This document shows, piece by piece, positions 1 to 13,094 of a DNA stretch of 60,108 bases. The notes below the pieces were generated by a model. The model saw nothing but the letters and a program-made list of their open reading frames with translations, was not told where the DNA came from and did no database searches. The DNA comes from Octopus bimaculoides (lineage: Eukaryota): assembly GCF_001194135.2 (NCBI RefSeq), contig NC_068981.1, forward strand, positions 88,365,851 through 88,425,958, written 5' to 3'. Position 1 is the stretch's first letter. Each line of letters starts with the position of its first letter. Made by a program: the position numbers and the translations under genes.

Positions 1-55
<55 letters not shown>

Positions 56-75
56 GGATGTATGTATATATATAT
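1..75. repeat. (TA)n/(TATG)n microsatellite
   Basis: Directly visible. Confidence 0.95.
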
Positions 76-647
76 ATGTTTGCTTACTACTTGGAGTAAT
101 ACAATAAATAGAAAGTAAGTTATGACATTCCATCATGAATGTTGAATTATAAATAAACAGGATAGCAAATGGAGATTTTGATGAAGTAAAACTTAATAGC
201 TAAAGAAATGAGAGGGCTATTAAGAAAAAGTATATATATATAAGATGAAGTAAGTGTGTCATTTGGATGTGGCATTCAAAGAATCATCACTATGACATTG
301 TGTGGGTTTGGGGAATAGGGTGAGAGTGAATATGTATATGTACTGAATACAATCTTTCTATATACATATACGATGCCACCCACTTTAACACCACCTGGGC
401 ACCTTTATGGGGAATTTCAGTTTGTTGCAAGTATTTGTAGCAGATCTCTCGTTCCCCCTCCATCCACTCTTACCTACAAGCATTGACCTGTATATGTCTC
501 AGCTGGGCATCAGCAGCATCAATCTCACCAACCAAGCTGGGAGGGCCTACAAAACTTATGAGTATGACCTTTTTCCTAAGTAACTTATAAAATGAACATA
601 AACATAAACCTACTCATACACAAGACACATGTGCATGCATGCGCACG

Positions 648-693
<46 letters not shown>

Positions 694-1264
694 TACACAG
701 AGTGTATTTTCTGTTTATTTGTACTGCAGTTTTTATAAGTACAAATACATACCCATACGCAGTTCACACTTCATCACACAAACAATCACATACACAGACA
801 CACATAAACTGTCAAGCAACTATTCTCTTGTGCATGCTTGGCAGATGCTCCAGTTGAGCTTTTGTTCTAAGTTAATCTATTAAATCTTTGCCCCTCCCAA
901 TTTTCTGACTTCCAAGCCTGCCTAACAGAACTGCCTAAGTCTGTTAAAATACTATCAGTTGCTTGCTGGTTTCTTATCTCCACTTGAAGAGCCCTGTTTA
1001 TGGCATCCAGCTATTTAGACTTGAGGAGGCTTTTTTTTTTTTAATAACATATTCTCATCTAATATTTTGTCTTTTGACAGCCGCTGCTGTTCCTACAATA
1101 TAACCCAGCTTTCTTTGCCTTCATTGATTCCATTTTTTTTTTATCTGCCATTATTGCATTCTCTCTCCTCACCCCCACTCCTGTTGGATTTGTCCCTTCC
1201 TGCTTCCTTATATTTTTAGTCTTAGGGCTGTGGGCAAGCAGAAATGACAAAAGGACAATACTCA

Positions 1265-1402
1265 GTGTCTGTCTGTCTGTCTGCCTGCCCGTCTGTTTTC
1301 CTTCCTTCCTTTCTTTCTATTTTCTTTCTTTCTTTCTTTACTTCATTCATTCTTTCTTTTGCTCATTCATTCATTTATTCATTCATACATTCGTTCATTC
1401 AT

Positions 1403-1446
<44 letters not shown>

Positions 1447-1528
1447 ACATATATACATACACATACAAGCATACATCTCTATATATATGTATATACAAAC
1501 TCACAAACACAGACACATACACACACAT

Positions 1529-1575
<47 letters not shown>
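1265..1575. repeat. Compound microsatellite (CTGT)n-(CTTT)n-(CATT)n-(CA)n
   Basis: Directly visible; source of several spurious ORFs. Confidence 0.95.
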
Positions 1576-1576
<1 letters not shown>

Positions 1577-2011
1577 ATGTGATATATATGTGTGCATGTG
1601 TTATTGGCATGATTAAAATGGTAATAAAAAATGCCACCAATAACCCCCTCATCCATGAGATAAGACTGGGAGGGTCTAGAACCATCAATAGGCATAGAAA
1701 CTTTATTGTTCCAAACCAAATTGAAAGAACTAATAAGGAAATATGCAAAAAAAAATCTATAATAAAAAAAGATAAAAGTGAACAATAAAGAATATTATAT
1801 TTCAAAGAAAAACTATTCTTGGTATACACAAATGTGTGTGTGTGTGTGTGTGGGGGGGGTATCTACTCTGTATGTTTGTATGTAATTCTACATTATAATG
1901 CATTTTGCTTTTTCCGCCTTGTGGTTAATACATGTATCCCACCAAATTTTAATGATTATTAATGCAATCTAATATTTTGCTTTTATGTTGCTCTTGTGGC
2001 AAATAGAGAGT

Positions 2012-2056
<45 letters not shown>

Positions 2057-2077
2057 ATTCTGANNNNNNNNNNACTA

Positions 2078-2486
2078 CTACTACATTCTGAGTTCAAATT
2101 CCACCGATTGACTTTTGCCTCTCATAATTTTGGGGTTGATAAAATATGTACCAGTAGAGTACTAGGGTCAATGTACATGTCTTACCCCTCCCCTGAATTT
2201 GCTGGCCTCGTGCCAAAATTTGAAATTATCATCATCATCATCATCATCATCATCATTATTGTTGTTATTCTTTAAGGCAGTGAGCTGGTAGAATTGTTAC
2301 CATGCCAAGCAAAATACTTAGTGGCATTTTGTCCGTCTCTGCATTCTGAGTTCAAATTGTACTGATGTCGACTTTACTTTCCATCCTTTCAGAGTTGATA
2401 AAATAAGTACCAGATGAACACTGGGGTTGATGTAATCAACTTATCCCCTCCCCCAAAATTGCTGCCCTTGTGGCAAAATTTGAAAC

Positions 2487-2541
<55 letters not shown>

Positions 2542-2638
2542 TTTAAGTACCAGTGAAACATTAGGGTTGATGTAATTGACTAGTCCCCTCCCCAAAAATT
2601 TCAGGTCTTTTGGCTTTAGTAAAAAGAATTATTATTAC

Positions 2639-2693
<55 letters not shown>

Positions 2694-3145
2694 GAGGTGG
2701 TGAGCTGGCAGAATCATTAGCACACCAGGCAATATGCTTAGTGGTATTTCACCTGTAATTATGTTCTGAGTTCAAATTCCACTGAGGTTGACTTTGCCTT
2801 TCATCCTTTCAGGGTCAATAAATTAAGTACCAGTTAAACACTGGGGTTAATGTAATCAATTAGCCTCCTCCCCACAAATTTCAGGCCTTATGCCTATAGT
2901 AGAAAAGATTATTATTAAGGCAGCGAACTGGCAGAATTGTTAGCATGCCGAGCAAAATGCTTAGCAGCATTCTGTCTGCTTTATGTTCTGAGTTCAAATT
3001 CCACCGAGGTCGACTTTGCCTTTCATTCTTTCATCAGGGTCAATAAATTAAGTGCCAGTGAAACACTGGAGTCAATGAAATCGACTTATCTCCTCCCTCA
3101 AAACTGCTGCCCTTGTAGCAAAATTTAAAATCATCGTTATCATCA

Positions 3146-3191
<46 letters not shown>

Positions 3192-3369
3192 GGTGGCAAG
3201 TTGGCAGAATCGTTAGCATGTTGGGAAAAATGCTTAGCAGTATTTTATCTGCCAAGGTCGACTTTGTCTTTCATCCTTTCAGGATTGATAAAATAAGTAC
3301 CAGTTGAACACTAGGGTTGATGTAATTGACGTATCCCCCAAGTTGCTGCCCTTGTGGCAAAATTTGAAA

Positions 3370-3420
<51 letters not shown>
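2078..3420 (+). mobile_element. Tandem array of about 6 tRNA-derived SINE copies (family A) separated by (ATT)n/(ATC)n tails
   Basis: Repeated ~210 bp unit with A-box-like TGGCAGAATCG, B-box-like GAGTTCAAATTC and central GCCTTTCATCCTTTCRGGGTYGATAAAATAAGTACCAG. Unit starts near 2276, 2694, 2917 and 3190, with partial units at 2078 and 2545. Confidence 0.85.
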
Positions 3421-3422
<2 letters not shown>

Positions 3423-4036
3423 GATGTTGCACAGTATACAATATCGTAAGGGTGTTGATTGAAGATATTGTGTCTACCAGGAGTTTGTACTGTTTGTGAA
3501 GTCACAACAAAGACCTCAGACAGACAGTACTTTATGCAATATGCATGCGGCTCCAAGTAATGCCGACTTTTGCAATACGTCTTGATTGTAGGGTATTTCT
3601 AAGGCTTTCAAATGTTTTTTTCAGATTGGGTGGTATTGAACCCAATGCTCCAATGACAATAAGGATAACCTTTATGTTCAACTCTCATGGCTGCCACATC
3701 TTAGTGATCTCAATTCTCAGGTTTCCATATTTATCAACTTTTTCTCTTTCTTTCATGATGATGTGTTGATCTGGCACTGCTATGTTGATTATTAGGCACT
3801 CTTGTTTGTCTCTCCTAAAGGTTACTATATCCAGCCTTTGGTGCTCTAACACTTTGTCTATCTGGAAATCAAAGTCCTAGAGGATTTTTGCCTTCCCGTT
3901 TTCATCCATTACCTTTTCCGGTGTATGTTGGTACCAAGCACCTGTAACCTCATATCCATACTTACAGCATAGTAGCTAGTGGAGGTTTTGGGCTACTTTG
4001 TCATGTCTACGCTTGAGGTCAGTATAAACTTGCAAG
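3421..4036 (-). mobile_element. R4/Dong-like non-LTR retrotransposon 3' fragment with restriction-like endonuclease (decayed)
   Basis: Minus strand reads DLKRRHDKVAQNLH*LLCCKYG...WYQHTPEKV...KIL*DFDFQ...LDIV...AVPDQH...EKVDKYGNLRIEI...VIGALG...LQKSALLGAACILHKVLSV*, then 3' UTR and (TAA)n. Confidence 0.85.
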
Positions 4037-4619
4037 TCATTATAACCCAACAAACCCATAGGGCCATTCCAGAACTGTGCCTAGTGGTGGGCACGGAAAT
4101 ATTATCAGTGAGACTAATATTGTAGGTCAAGACCCAGCTGTTGTTCTAGTGGCAGCAAGAACCACCTGAGAGCTTTCTACCTTGAGGAGTTAAGAACAAA
4201 AAGTACAACACCAACAACAGGACCCAGGAGCTATTATTTCAACAGTATTGGTAGCTGAAATCTTGGAATTGTAGAAAAAAACTGCCTTGTCCTTGGTCCC
4301 AGGGGCTAAGCAGAATACCAAGGAACCTCTTCACCTCGGCATGGTCAGTGTTAACAGTGAAGGAGACCCGAAAGATATGTGCCCACAGAAATGGCAGCAA
4401 AACTCCAGTCCCCGTAACCACAACCAGCAGCAGTGCCACTTCACATTGTCATGTGTTAAGGGTGAAGTTATGGCTGCAGGGGAACATTATCAAACAGATT
4501 GGGGAACACAAAAGGGAAAAAGAGAAAGAAGTCTCCCGCAAAAGAGAGGCGAACTTCAGCGGAAAACAATGAAGGAAGGTGAAGAGGAACAACAATAAGA
4601 AGGATGACAGGGAGGACAA

Positions 4620-5350
4620 TGACTTAAAATTTACATTCTTTTAAAGATTGAACTGAGGTCTTGTAGGGAGAATCACACATTTGTGATGCAAAGGGTACTG
4701 TGGAGGCAGGCTGATTATCAAGAAGCAATTGGAGTTTGAATACATAAAACACTGAACGGACAAGTTGTTGGAAAAAATAATAGAAAAGTATATTGTTTTT
4801 GAATTTGGTTTGCAAGATTCTTGATGTGAACTTATGTATTAAAACAAATATTATTGTGTCTTGGGAGAGCCATTGCTGAACAACCTGGAGGTAATATATT
4901 ATTTAATGAAGTGGAGCTGTCAGGTGGTAATTCTGATTTTTAGACAGCAGAACACAGGGTTTTTCAGAATCTTGCTAGCTTGGTTAGAGCTTATTGTATA
5001 TCAGTTTTGCATTTGGCTTGCAAGATTCTTCATGTGAATTCTCATGTTAACATTAAACATTAAATGGTCAATTAGTTAGCTGAGTAGATATTTAACAAAT
5101 TGGTGAACAATAAAGAAGTGGAATTGAACCTGAGCATATGTTATTATTACTGATGTAATGACTCTACCAAGAGACAACAAAGTAGAAAAATATTACAATG
5201 AACTTAAGCAGGTGTATTCTGAAGACATGGGTTGCTTTGTATCCTTATTCCACTTCGAAAATGTTAGCGGGCACATTTGAATGTACACAGTTACAATACA
5301 AGCTGGTTAGAGAGACCTAACCAGTTTCTCAGGCAAGAACCCTGAATATT
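4620..5350 (+). mobile_element. Possible very old Penelope-like element relic
   Basis: ELRSCRENHTFVMQRVLWRQADYQEA (~4650-4730) resembles the PLE RT N-terminal ALxxLRxxxxIVIKxADKG..VVWxRxDY..EA motif with a deletion. A degenerate CTGAAGA...GAAA lies at 5219-5260. Weak. Confidence 0.3.
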
Positions 5351-6148
5351 TCCCATGTGTTTTTCTATCTAAATTATATCTTGTTTTAATTATTGCATTT
5401 TATTGTGCTTCTTTTATTCATTCCATGTTTGTGTTTACTTTTGTAATTTTTGAAATTCATTCCCATAGTCATTGTATAACAGCTTTCATCCTCCCCTCAT
5501 CTCTATGTATAACTTGTCTGCCCCACTCCACATGTAATTGTAAGTCTCCTATTCAACATTCATTATATTTTATTACATCACTTTGAGCCTTTGCGGATAA
5601 TAAAAAGATTATTTATTTATTTATTAATCTATCATCGTCATCATCATCATCGTCGTCATTATTTAATTTTCTGAATAGATTCTATTCATTTGTTTGGATT
5701 GTTCTTCCCTTTTCACTCTCCAGTTCCTTTTTCCTTCTTCATTATATAACATTAACAATGACTTTTTTTCCTTCCCTTATCATTCTGAGAAATAAATAGG
5801 TATGTTATCAACTTATTGGTGGTATTCTGGAAACATTTCCGGAGTAATGTTTCCCCTTTTGTTCTGAAAGATAAAATAAACTCATAAACAACTGACTAAA
5901 TAAATTGATTAGAAAATTCTAATATTCTAATAAGTTGATTAGGAAATTCTAATACATAATAATAAATGTTAAAGGCATGCTTTTTATTGTTTTGGTGCTG
6001 TGCACTGATGCCTTTCTTCATTATATAGGTGTGTGTAGGTGTGTGTGCAGATATATATATGTTTGTATGCATAAATACATATGCATATATAAATATATAT
6101 ATATACATATATTACATACATATATGTTTGTGTAAATTTATGTGTATG

Positions 6149-6230
<82 letters not shown>

Positions 6231-6742
6231 GATGCAAACAAAAATAGAACTCAAANNNNNNNNNNNNNNNNNNNNNNNNNNNNNNNNNNNNNNNNNNNNN
6301 NNNNNNNNNNNNNNNNNNNNNNNNNNNNNNNNNNNNNNNNNNNNNNNNNNNNNNNNNNNNNNNNNNNNNNNNNNNNNNNNNNNNNNNNNNNNNNNNNNNN
6401 NNNNNNNNNNNNNNNNNNNNNNNNNNNNNNNNNNNNNNNNNNNNNNNNNNNNNNNNNNNNNNNNNNNNNNNNNNNNNNNNNNNNNNNNNNNNNNNNNNNN
6501 NNNNNNNNNNNNNNNNNNNNNNNNNNNNNNNNNNNNNNNNNNNNNNNNNNNNNNNNNNNNNNNNNNNNNNNNNNNNNNNNNNNNNNNNNNNNNNNNNNNN
6601 NNNNNNNNNNNNNNNNNNNNNNNNNNNNNNNNNNNNNNNNNNNNNNNNNNNNNNNNNNNNNNNNNNNNNNNNNNNNNNNNNNNNNNNNNNNNNNNNNNNN
6701 NNNNNNNNNNNNNNNNNNNNNNNNNNNNNNNNNNNNNNNNNN

Positions 6743-6786
<44 letters not shown>

Positions 6787-6864
6787 CCAAGAAAGTTAGG
6801 AGTTGTGAATCCAACCCACTAAGGGATAACTGATGATTTAAAACTTTTTAATATATTGGAAACG

Positions 6865-6963
6865 GGGTAATTAACCAAGTGGGGTAATTGTCCTAAGAGG
6901 TAGTTGTCATCGAGGGACTTGTCCTATTGGGGGTAATTGTCCTAGGCAGGTAATTGTCCTGGT
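6865..6963. repeat. Short tandem GGGGTAATTGTCCT-type repeats, probable DNA-transposon subterminal remnant
   Basis: About 6 variants of (g)ggtaattgtcct at 13-16 bp spacing. Confidence 0.55.
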
Positions 6964-7239
6964 ACAAATTCAAGAAACTCTGATTTATGTTTATTTCGAG
7001 CATTGAATGGCAATATGAGTCTTTGAAGCCAGTTGCTCCCATAAGTACCAAAATAAAATTTTGGATTTATGGAGGGTCAAAGTTGGGAACAAAAACAGGA
7101 CAGTGGAGACAGACAAGGAAACTGAATAAAAAGAAACATGGAGCCCATCTTTTATACCAAGACAAAACAATGTACATGATAACACTTCAAATCAATTAAG
7201 ATCAGAAGCCATGAGAGCCACTGCCTGGTACTGCATCCT

Positions 7240-7483
7240 ATTATTATTATTATTGTTCAGTAGTTTTATTTTTATAACGTGCTTTCACTTCACTACCGAG
7301 CGCAGCTCTGTGTGCCTTGGGTATGTGCTGTGGTTTGCTGTGGTGCTCTTATGTTTACTGTATTGAAAGTGTTTTGCGTAGAATGTGTGCAGTACCCAGT
7401 AGTGCAATTTTCTGTATGTTATATATATTTGTAAGTCCTGGTGTTTTTGTTATGTATTTGTCTGAATATTTTTTTATTATACC
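7240..7483 (-). mobile_element. R4/Dong-like LINE 3' end, second subfamily, truncated by gap
   Basis: Minus strand GIIKKYSDKYITKTPGLTNIYNIQKIALLGTAHILRKTLSIQ*, then 3' UTR and (TAA)n at ~7240-7254. Confidence 0.8.
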
Positions 7484-8046
7484 NNNNNNNNNNNNNNNNN
7501 NNNNNNNNNNNNNNNNNNNNNNNNNNNNNNNNNNNNNNNNNNNNNNNNNNNNNNNNNNNNNNNNNNNNNNNNNNNNNNNNNNNNNNNNNNNNNNNNNNNN
7601 NNNNNNNNNNNNNNNNNNNNNNNNNNNNNNNNNNNNNNNNNNNNNNNNNNNNNNNNNNNNNNNNNNNNNNNNNNNNNNNNNNNNNNNNNNNNNNNNNNNN
7701 NNNNNNNNNNNNNNNNNNNNNNNNNNNNNNNNNNNNNNNNNNNNNNNNNNNNNNNNNNNNNNNNNNNNNNNNNNNNNNNNNNNNNNNNNNNNNNNNNNNN
7801 NNNNNNNNNNNNNNNNNNNNNNNNNNNNNNNNNNNNNNNNNNNNNNNNNNNNNNNNNNNNNNNNNNNNNNNNNNNNNNNNNNNNNNNNNNNNNNNNNNNN
7901 NNNNNNNNNNNNNNNNNNNNNNNNNNNNNNNNNNNNNNNNNNNNNNNNNNNNNNNNNNNNNNNNNNNNNNNNNNNNNNNNNNNNNNNNNNNNNNNNNNNN
8001 NNNNNNNNNNNNNNNNNNNNNNNNNNNNNNNNNNNNNNNNNNNNNN

Positions 8047-8085
8047 CTTCTTCTTCTTCTTCTTCTTCTTCTTCTTCTTCTTCTT

Positions 8086-8145
<60 letters not shown>
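8047..8145. repeat. (CTT)n(ATT)n microsatellite
   Basis: Directly visible after the gap. Confidence 0.95.
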
Positions 8146-8362
8146 TAATATCCACACTTTTCCAAGCTTGCATCGGTCAGATGGAATTTGTTGAGGTAGA
8201 TTTTCTATAGCTGGATGCCTTTTATGTCACTAACTTTCACCTGTTTCCAAGCATGGTTAATATTTATATAGTAGCTAGACGTGGAAGACAGGAAATGATC
8301 AACCTTACTTGTATGATGATAATGCACATTTACAAACCATCTCTCTCTCTCACTGACACACG

Positions 8363-8413
<51 letters not shown>

Positions 8414-8580
8414 GACAGCTTCTTTAAGTTTCTGTCTATTCTATTTACTCACAGGTCTTAACTCAGTCTATAGCTATAGTAGAAGACACTTGCCCAAGGT
8501 GCCATGCAGTGAGACTGAACCCAAGATCACATAGCCGGGAAGCAAACTTTTTAACCACCCAGCCATCCATGCCTGTGCCT
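8146..8580 (-). mobile_element. SINE family B2: tRNA/CORE-like head, (TG)n, body, RTE-type 3' tail
   Basis: Head (rc) ...ggcaccttgggcaagtgtcttctactatagc; the 3' end (rc) ggcatccagctatagaaa...gcaagcttggaaaagtgtggatatt matches the RTE 3' UTR end. Confidence 0.75.
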
Positions 8581-9041
8581 GAGTATCAAAATATTTAGCA
8601 CATAAAACCAACCTAAATTTAACCCATTTGTTGACCTCTTCTAAAAAGTTAAACACATTCCCCTCCCAATACACACCTAAGAAAAACATATTCACTTGTG
8701 CATTATATGACACATGGCAATACCAAAAACAAACACAAAACCCATGAGAGAAAAAGAAACTAAAGTTTAAGCTAAATGTCAATTTTCACTATCAAGTCAG
8801 GTACAGTTGTCTCTGTTTAAGAAAGATATGTTGTGAATTACTATCCTTTGTGTTTGACTTATATGGTCTGTGTTAAGCAATGAAACAGTGAAGTCTCTAC
8901 ACCCTTTTGGATTAAAACATGTTCTAACCAGAGATTAATGATGGGACATCTGATAGATTAAGCAATCAAGGAGTTTGAAGTGATGGCAGAAAATATCAGC
9001 TTAGTATATATAATTATCTTCTACTTTTCTCATAGTCATAT

Positions 9042-9065
<24 letters not shown>

Positions 9066-9072
<7 letters not shown>

Positions 9073-9400
9073 GGCCGTGGCCGTTGCCAGTACCGCCTGA
9101 CTGGCTCCTGTAGGATTTTCGAGCGAGATCGTTGCCAGTGCCCCTGGACTGGCTTGTGCGGGTGGCACATAAAAGACACCATTTCGAGCGTGGCCGTTTT
9201 CGTGCGGGTGACACGTAAAAGCACCCACTACACTCTCTGAGTGGTTGGCGTTAGGAAGGGCATCCAGCTGTAGAAACTCTGCCAAATCAGACTGGAGCCT
9301 GGTGTTGCCATCCGGTTTCACCAGTCCTCAGTCAAATCGTCCAACCCATGCTAGCATGGAAAGCGGACGTTAAACGATGATGATGATGATGATGATGATG
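9066..9400 (+). mobile_element. Young RTE LINE 3' UTR (5'-truncated insertion) with (GAT)n tail
   Basis: Differs by 2 substitutions over the ~220 bp shared with 53626-53850, which follows RTE ORF sequence across a gap. CpGs are retained. Confidence 0.85.
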
Positions 9401-10140
9401 TACGTATGTATACCAGGGTAACAATATTGTTTAGATTAGTAAAGAATTCCATGTATTCTTGTAGCCGGGTCCAAGTTCATCACCATTCTATATTGTAAAT
9501 CCATGGTTGCGCTCCAGTTATACTGGTTTTTACACAGAGTGATATACAAGACAATGCATAACTAATGGTCAGTACATATTTTTCTTTCGTGTGAAATTTG
9601 ACTGGTAGACTGTTGGTGCTGCCATCTACAGCTGCTTTCAGAGTAAAAGGTGGAGAAAAAGAGAGTTTGCCAAGAAAATAGAATGGCCATTATTTATACT
9701 TTGTCTTGTATGTATGGATGGTTGTGTGTATGTATATAGATATTCAGCTGGTTTCAGTTATTGGGCTGCATACAGGTTGGTGCATTGCTTTTAAGCTTTC
9801 AGTTGACCATATTGACCACTGTACTCATTTCAGTATGGTGCTTATTTGATCAGTCTTTATTTTTAATCCACGAAGTTCCACAGCATACAAGGTTGCAACA
9901 TAAACAGTTGAAATATAAACACAGAACCAAACATGCACATGCACACGCACACACACACACACACACATACACACACAAACACACATACACACACACATAT
10001 GCATTTGTGTGTGTGTGTGTGTTTATGTATGTGCTTTGCAAGATTTTTGATGTGTATTGAAATAGATATTGTTATACTTGGGGAGGGTCATCTTTTGCCA
10101 ATTAAACACACAGACTTTATTTGAACTTCACTTCAGCTTT

Positions 10141-10681
10141 ATTATTATTATTATTATTTTATGTTTGACTTTTGTTTTGCATTTGTACAGTTGGATCCAA
10201 GTCTCACCCAGAGACTTCAAGAGACAACAAGTTAGAAGTTCATGTAGGTGTTATGTCTAGGGTACCATATATTTGGGTTTGTACATTCCATATATTTGAA
10301 TTTGTACGTTTGGATTTGTACTAGAGAATGTTTAAGAAACCATAAGAAAATTGTGTTTGTTTTAAAATTTGAGATCACATAGACAGTATTTTATGTAGGA
10401 TATGGGCGGTTCCCATGAGCACTATCTTTTGAACTTCAGCCATTTTGAGGTTTCCTGGTATCTGAGCTAGGTAGTAATCAGCCCGTTTCGCTGTCATTCC
10501 CAGGGAACCTATGACAATAGGTATTGTTTTAGTCTTCAGGTTCCACATTTTGCTAATTTCTATTTCAAGATCTTTATATTTGCTCAGTTTTTGGTAGGTC
10601 TTGACAGATACGTTTATATCAATTGGGACAGTCATATCAATGAGGAGGTATGATTTTTGTCTGAAGTCTTTCAGTATGATA
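10141..10681 (-). mobile_element. R4/Dong-like LINE 3' end, third subfamily, truncated by gap
   Basis: ORF 10375-10635(-) MTVPIDINVSVKTYQKLSKYKDLEIEISKMW...IVIGSLG...VQKIVLMGTAHILHKILSM* is an RLE C-terminus. A 3' UTR follows, then (TAA)n at 10141-10157. Confidence 0.85.
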
Positions 10682-11293
10682 NNNNNNNNNNNNNNNNNNN
10701 NNNNNNNNNNNNNNNNNNNNNNNNNNNNNNNNNNNNNNNNNNNNNNNNNNNNNNNNNNNNNNNNNNNNNNNNNNNNNNNNNNNNNNNNNNNNNNNNNNNN
10801 NNNNNNNNNNNNNNNNNNNNNNNNNNNNNNNNNNNNNNNNNNNNNNNNNNNNNNNNNNNNNNNNNNNNNNNNNNNNNNNNNNNNNNNNNNNNNNNNNNNN
10901 NNNNNNNNNNNNNNNNNNNNNNNNNNNNNNNNNNNNNNNNNNNNNNNNNNNNNNNNNNNNNNNNNNNNNNNNNNNNNNNNNNNNNNNNNNNNNNNNNNNN
11001 NNNNNNNNNNNNNNNNNNNNNNNNNNNNNNNNNNNNNNNNNNNNNNNNNNNNNNNNNNNNNNNNNNNNNNNNNNNNNNNNNNNNNNNNNNNNNNNNNNNN
11101 NNNNNNNNNNNNNNNNNNNNNNNNNNNNNNNNNNNNNNNNNNNNNNNNNNNNNNNNNNNNNNNNNNNNNNNNNNNNNNNNNNNNNNNNNNNNNNNNNNNN
11201 NNNNNNNNNNNNNNNNNNNNNNNNNNNNNNNNNNNNNNNNNNNNNNNNNNNNNNNNNNNNNNNNNNNNNNNNTATATATATATATATATATAT

Positions 11294-11700
11294 GAAGTGG
11301 CTGTATGGTAGGAAGCTTGCTTCCCAACTATATTGTTCTGGATTCAGTCCCACTGCGTGGAACCTTGGGGCAAGTGTCTTCTACTATAGCCTTGAGCCGA
11401 CCAAAGCCTTGTGAGTGGATTTAGTAGATGGAAACTGAAAGAAATCCGTCATATGTGTGTGTGTATCTATGTGTGCGTGTCTTTGTATCTGTGTTTGTCC
11501 CTCCATCACTGCTTTGCTACCACTGTTGGTGTGTTTATGTCCCTGTAACCTAGCAGTTTGACAAAAGAAACCAATAGAATAAGTACTAAGCTTAAAAGAA
11601 ATAAGCCCTGGGGCTGATTTGTTTGACTAAAATCCTTCGAGGCGGTGTTCCAGCATGGTTGCAGTCAAATGACTGAAACGAGTAAAAGAATAAAAGAACA
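11294..11700 (+). mobile_element. SINE family B1: tRNA-like head, CORE-like ccttgggcaagtgtctt, (TG)n, ends ...gactgaaac(a/g)agtaaaaga
   Basis: The same ~400 bp unit recurs many times across the window. Confidence 0.85.
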
Positions 11701-11881
11701 CACACGCACGCACACACACACACACACGCACACACACAATCGCAAAATGTTGGGGAACCACTTTAGTCATTTAACACTTGGAAAACACTTACTATATTCA
11801 CTTTTTCATTCATATCTTGATGTATCAAAGTTTGTCTTGCTTTCTGCAGAATGTTTTGTGTATTAATATTTTGATGCTTAA

Positions 11882-12104
11882 CACTTTTGTTGCCATATTT
11901 ATTTTGAGATGCTCTGTGTTTCTTTCAATTAAATTTAAATATTACAAAGAATTTAGTGAAATAACTTAAGTTACCATTAAAGCTAGTGTTAGGAACATAA
12001 ACTGTAACTAATGTTTGGTGGAAGATTTTAATTCAAAACTTATGAACAAGATATTTGTACTACAGAGCCAGAGGGCGGTTTCAGCTGGGTTGGTATCAAA
12101 AGGG
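11882..12104. mobile_element. piggyBac-like MITE (family 2)
   Basis: TTAA|CACTTTTGTTGCC ... GGTATCAAAAGGG|TTAA: imperfect TIRs flanked by TTAA on both sides. Confidence 0.7.
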
Positions 12105-13094
12105 TTAAGGATAATGAACATAGTTGGACCTGTTGAATGCAAAGACTAAAATGCTTTATAGAACGTAGTTTTATTACTGATTTCAAATCTTAATAAAATT
12201 CACTTTTCGTTTCTCTTTCCAGGGTTGATAAAAACAAATACTAGTTATATAAGGACATTTGATCCACCCATACCTTTCTTTTAAAAAAATAAAACTAAAA
12301 GAAAACCTCAAAACAAAAACAAAAAATTGGACCCTGTAGTCATGTAATAAACTCATCATCATCATCATCATCATTGTTTTAATGTCCACTTTTCCATGCT
12401 TGCTTGGGTTTGAACAGTGTTTATTAAGGCAGATTTTTTCTGTGCTGTAACCAACTCTTACTTGTTTCCATCAGGGTAATATTTTCCCCCTTGGTCAGAC
12501 ATGTTTCTGCACAATATTGAAAATGAATATCATACATTTACTACAATCACATGAAGTCAAAACAAGGAGACACAAACATATACATACTCTCACACACACA
12601 GACACACACACATACATATATAAATATATATGACAATTACTGAGTATAGATGGTTCAATTTGTAGATAGCAGAAACCAACTGAGGGGATTAGTAGTTTGC
12701 ATCCTGTAACCAATAGTTCCATCATGTTTCTTATCTGAGTATTTATGTCTCAAAAAGCCTAGCCCACCAGCTGTAAGTGGGTACTGTAGATTTGTATTAA
12801 CATGCAGCTCTAATTAGCTGTAGTGTTGTGAGAATTACAAGTATTTTGCTAGCTTTCAGTTTAATTCTGCAAGTAGGAGTTCAAATCCTGCATAAGAGGA
12901 GTTCAAATCCTGCTGATTTTATTTAGAAAACACTAAGGCTGCTTATCCATTGATGGATATGTGTAGTCATAGTAAGACAAACTAATTGATTATGAATGTT
13001 TGATAATTGGTTGATTGACTACAAATGGAAAGTATTAAAACCGTGTTTTAGCTTTGGATGACATACATGTGCTGACTGCTTATATATTAAGTTC

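Noticed and set aside
585-2275. Many 60-110 aa ORFs rich in HT, CV, YI, SFF or poly-N/I/Y (also throughout the window)
   Set aside because: They are translations of (CA)n, (TA)n, (CTTT)n and (ATT)n microsatellites, with no domain content.
2078-3420. CRISPR-like repeat-spacer appearance (also 19786-20106)
   Set aside because: Eukaryotic context, units too long or diverged, no unique spacers and no cas genes; explained as SINE and LINE UTR repeats.
4287-4598. 103 aa ORF outside microsatellites
   Set aside because: No recognisable homology or splice context; probably decayed transposon sequence.
5212-5275. Second hammerhead (CTGAAGA...GAAA)
   Set aside because: Stems I and II barely pair; at most a dead relic.
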